Positions 63,647 through 64,000 of a DNA stretch of 64,000 nt are shown here, piece by piece. The DNA comes from Planctomycetota bacterium (GTDB taxonomy: Bacteria; Planctomycetota; UBA1135; GCA-002686595). The DNA lies in NCBI GenBank assembly GCA_012959785.1, contig DUCM01000011.1, positions 61,824-125,823 of the forward strand. Reading direction: 5' to 3'. Numbering within the stretch: position 1 is the stretch's first letter; the number at the start of each line of letters is the position of its first letter. Below the pieces are notes generated by a model. The model ran no database searches. It was given only the letters and a program-made list of their open reading frames with translations, and was not told the DNA's origin. The translations under genes were made by a program, and so were the position numbers.

Positions 63647-64000
63647 TCAGATGTTGAAGAACCACTCCGGAATGCCGACGATGTACTTCAAGTTCACCGT
63701 CCAGCGCAGCAGCATCTTGATCGGGATCAAGCCGAACCAGAGCAAGAGGTGCATCATCACATGAAAGCGCACGAGGTGCTGGCGGTTACCGCCGTAGAGC
63801 ACTCGCATCAGGGGTTTTTCGAGCAGCTTGGGCAAGATCAGGAAATAGCCCAAGAGCAACACAATCCCCGGTGCCTCGCGGATCAGGGGATCCGCTGGTC
63901 GTGGCTGTCCAAGGAGCCCGGACCAGAAATAGGTCGCGAGGTCCACATTGACCATGGGTTCGAGCTTGTGCAGGTCCCAGTACTCAAAGGGCCCGAAGAA
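63647..64000 (-). CDS. Integral membrane protein, C-terminal part only (5' end outside window)
   Basis: Frame is open from the window edge (FFGPFEYWDLHKLEP...) to TGA 63647-63649. Two hydrophobic helices (GIVLLLGYFLILPKLL, FHVMMHLLLWFGLIPIKMLL). It ends in GIPEWFFNI. It lies 60 nt upstream of the cytochrome gene. Confidence 0.5.
   Translation of the reverse strand, partial: FFGPFEYWDLHKLEPMVNVDLATYFWSGLLGQPRPADPLIREAPGIVLLLGYFLILPKLLEKPLMRVLYGGNRQHLVRFHVMMHLLLWFGLIPIKMLLRWTVNLKYIVGIPEWFFNI

Noticed and set aside
63647-63673. Calling the partial membrane protein cytochrome b on the basis of the terminal IPEWFF (PEWY-like) motif
   Set aside because: A single pentapeptide at the extreme C-terminus, without visible haem-ligand His spacing in the two helices present, is insufficient. 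It is kept as a generic membrane protein.
1-64000. Search for rRNA, tRNA, CRISPR arrays, IS elements, integrases and prophage genes
   Set aside because: All intergenic gaps longer than about 70 nt were read by eye. None shows tRNA-like T-arm sequences, spaced repeat arrays or terminal inverted repeats, and no ORF has a transposase or integrase signature. A tRNAscan/Infernal run would be needed for certainty.

Overview
High-GC, gene-dense bacterial chromosomal segment with about 55 protein-coding genes on both strands. Many stop-start overlaps (ATGA/GTGA) indicate operons. The many lipoproteins and secreted proteins suggest a diderm organism; the lineage cannot be assigned from this sequence alone. 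I saw no rRNA, tRNA, CRISPR array, transposase, integrase or phage genes.

Gene content in order:
- A TlpA-like thioredoxin-fold gene with an in-frame TGA at the first Cys of its redox motif (predicted selenoprotein, runs off the window).
- A methyltransferase plus LPS-kinase-family pair, and a ChaN-like lipoprotein.
- A complete five-gene Opp/Dpp-type ABC importer, then glpK, an eroded CBS-domain gene remnant, and hutU-hutH.
- A Wzx/Wzy-type exopolysaccharide pathway scattered over three islands: wza-wzc-methyltransferase-wzy at 16.9-22.7 kb, flippase plus GT4 at 29.6-32.1 kb, and two GT4 genes at 36.7-38.8 kb.
- Between those islands: a PPP-family phosphatase, GFA, an FG-GAP lipoprotein, GNAT, a CBM-like secreted protein, a cytoplasmic molybdopterin oxidoreductase with two paralogous lipoproteins, and nagB.
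- A NarL-type response regulator plus FHA operon, an ABC-ATPase/membrane/helical-protein trio, DedA, K+-dependent-type membrane pyrophosphatase hppA, rsfS, a DUF255 thioredoxin-domain protein, a HEAT lipoprotein and an SGNH-like protein.
- A beta-propeller lipoprotein, a PolB-exo-like exonuclease, a matrixin/IPT-TIG protease with a sorting-signal-like tail, a frameshifted HDOD gene and a PDZ/His-rich periplasmic protein.
- At the right edge, an electron-transfer cluster: an amicyanin-type cupredoxin fusion, a 1230-aa membrane-anchored octahaem cytochrome c, and a partial membrane protein.

Most noteworthy findings:
- The candidate selenoprotein with hairpins 3' of the UGA.
- The unusual cytochrome/cupredoxin module.
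- Three 9-nt G/C homopolymers in the 5' regions of envelope-protein genes.
- A PPP phosphatase at the head of the wza-wzc operon.
- Several small structured or repeated intergenic elements.

All functional calls rest on motif recognition by eye. No database search was run.
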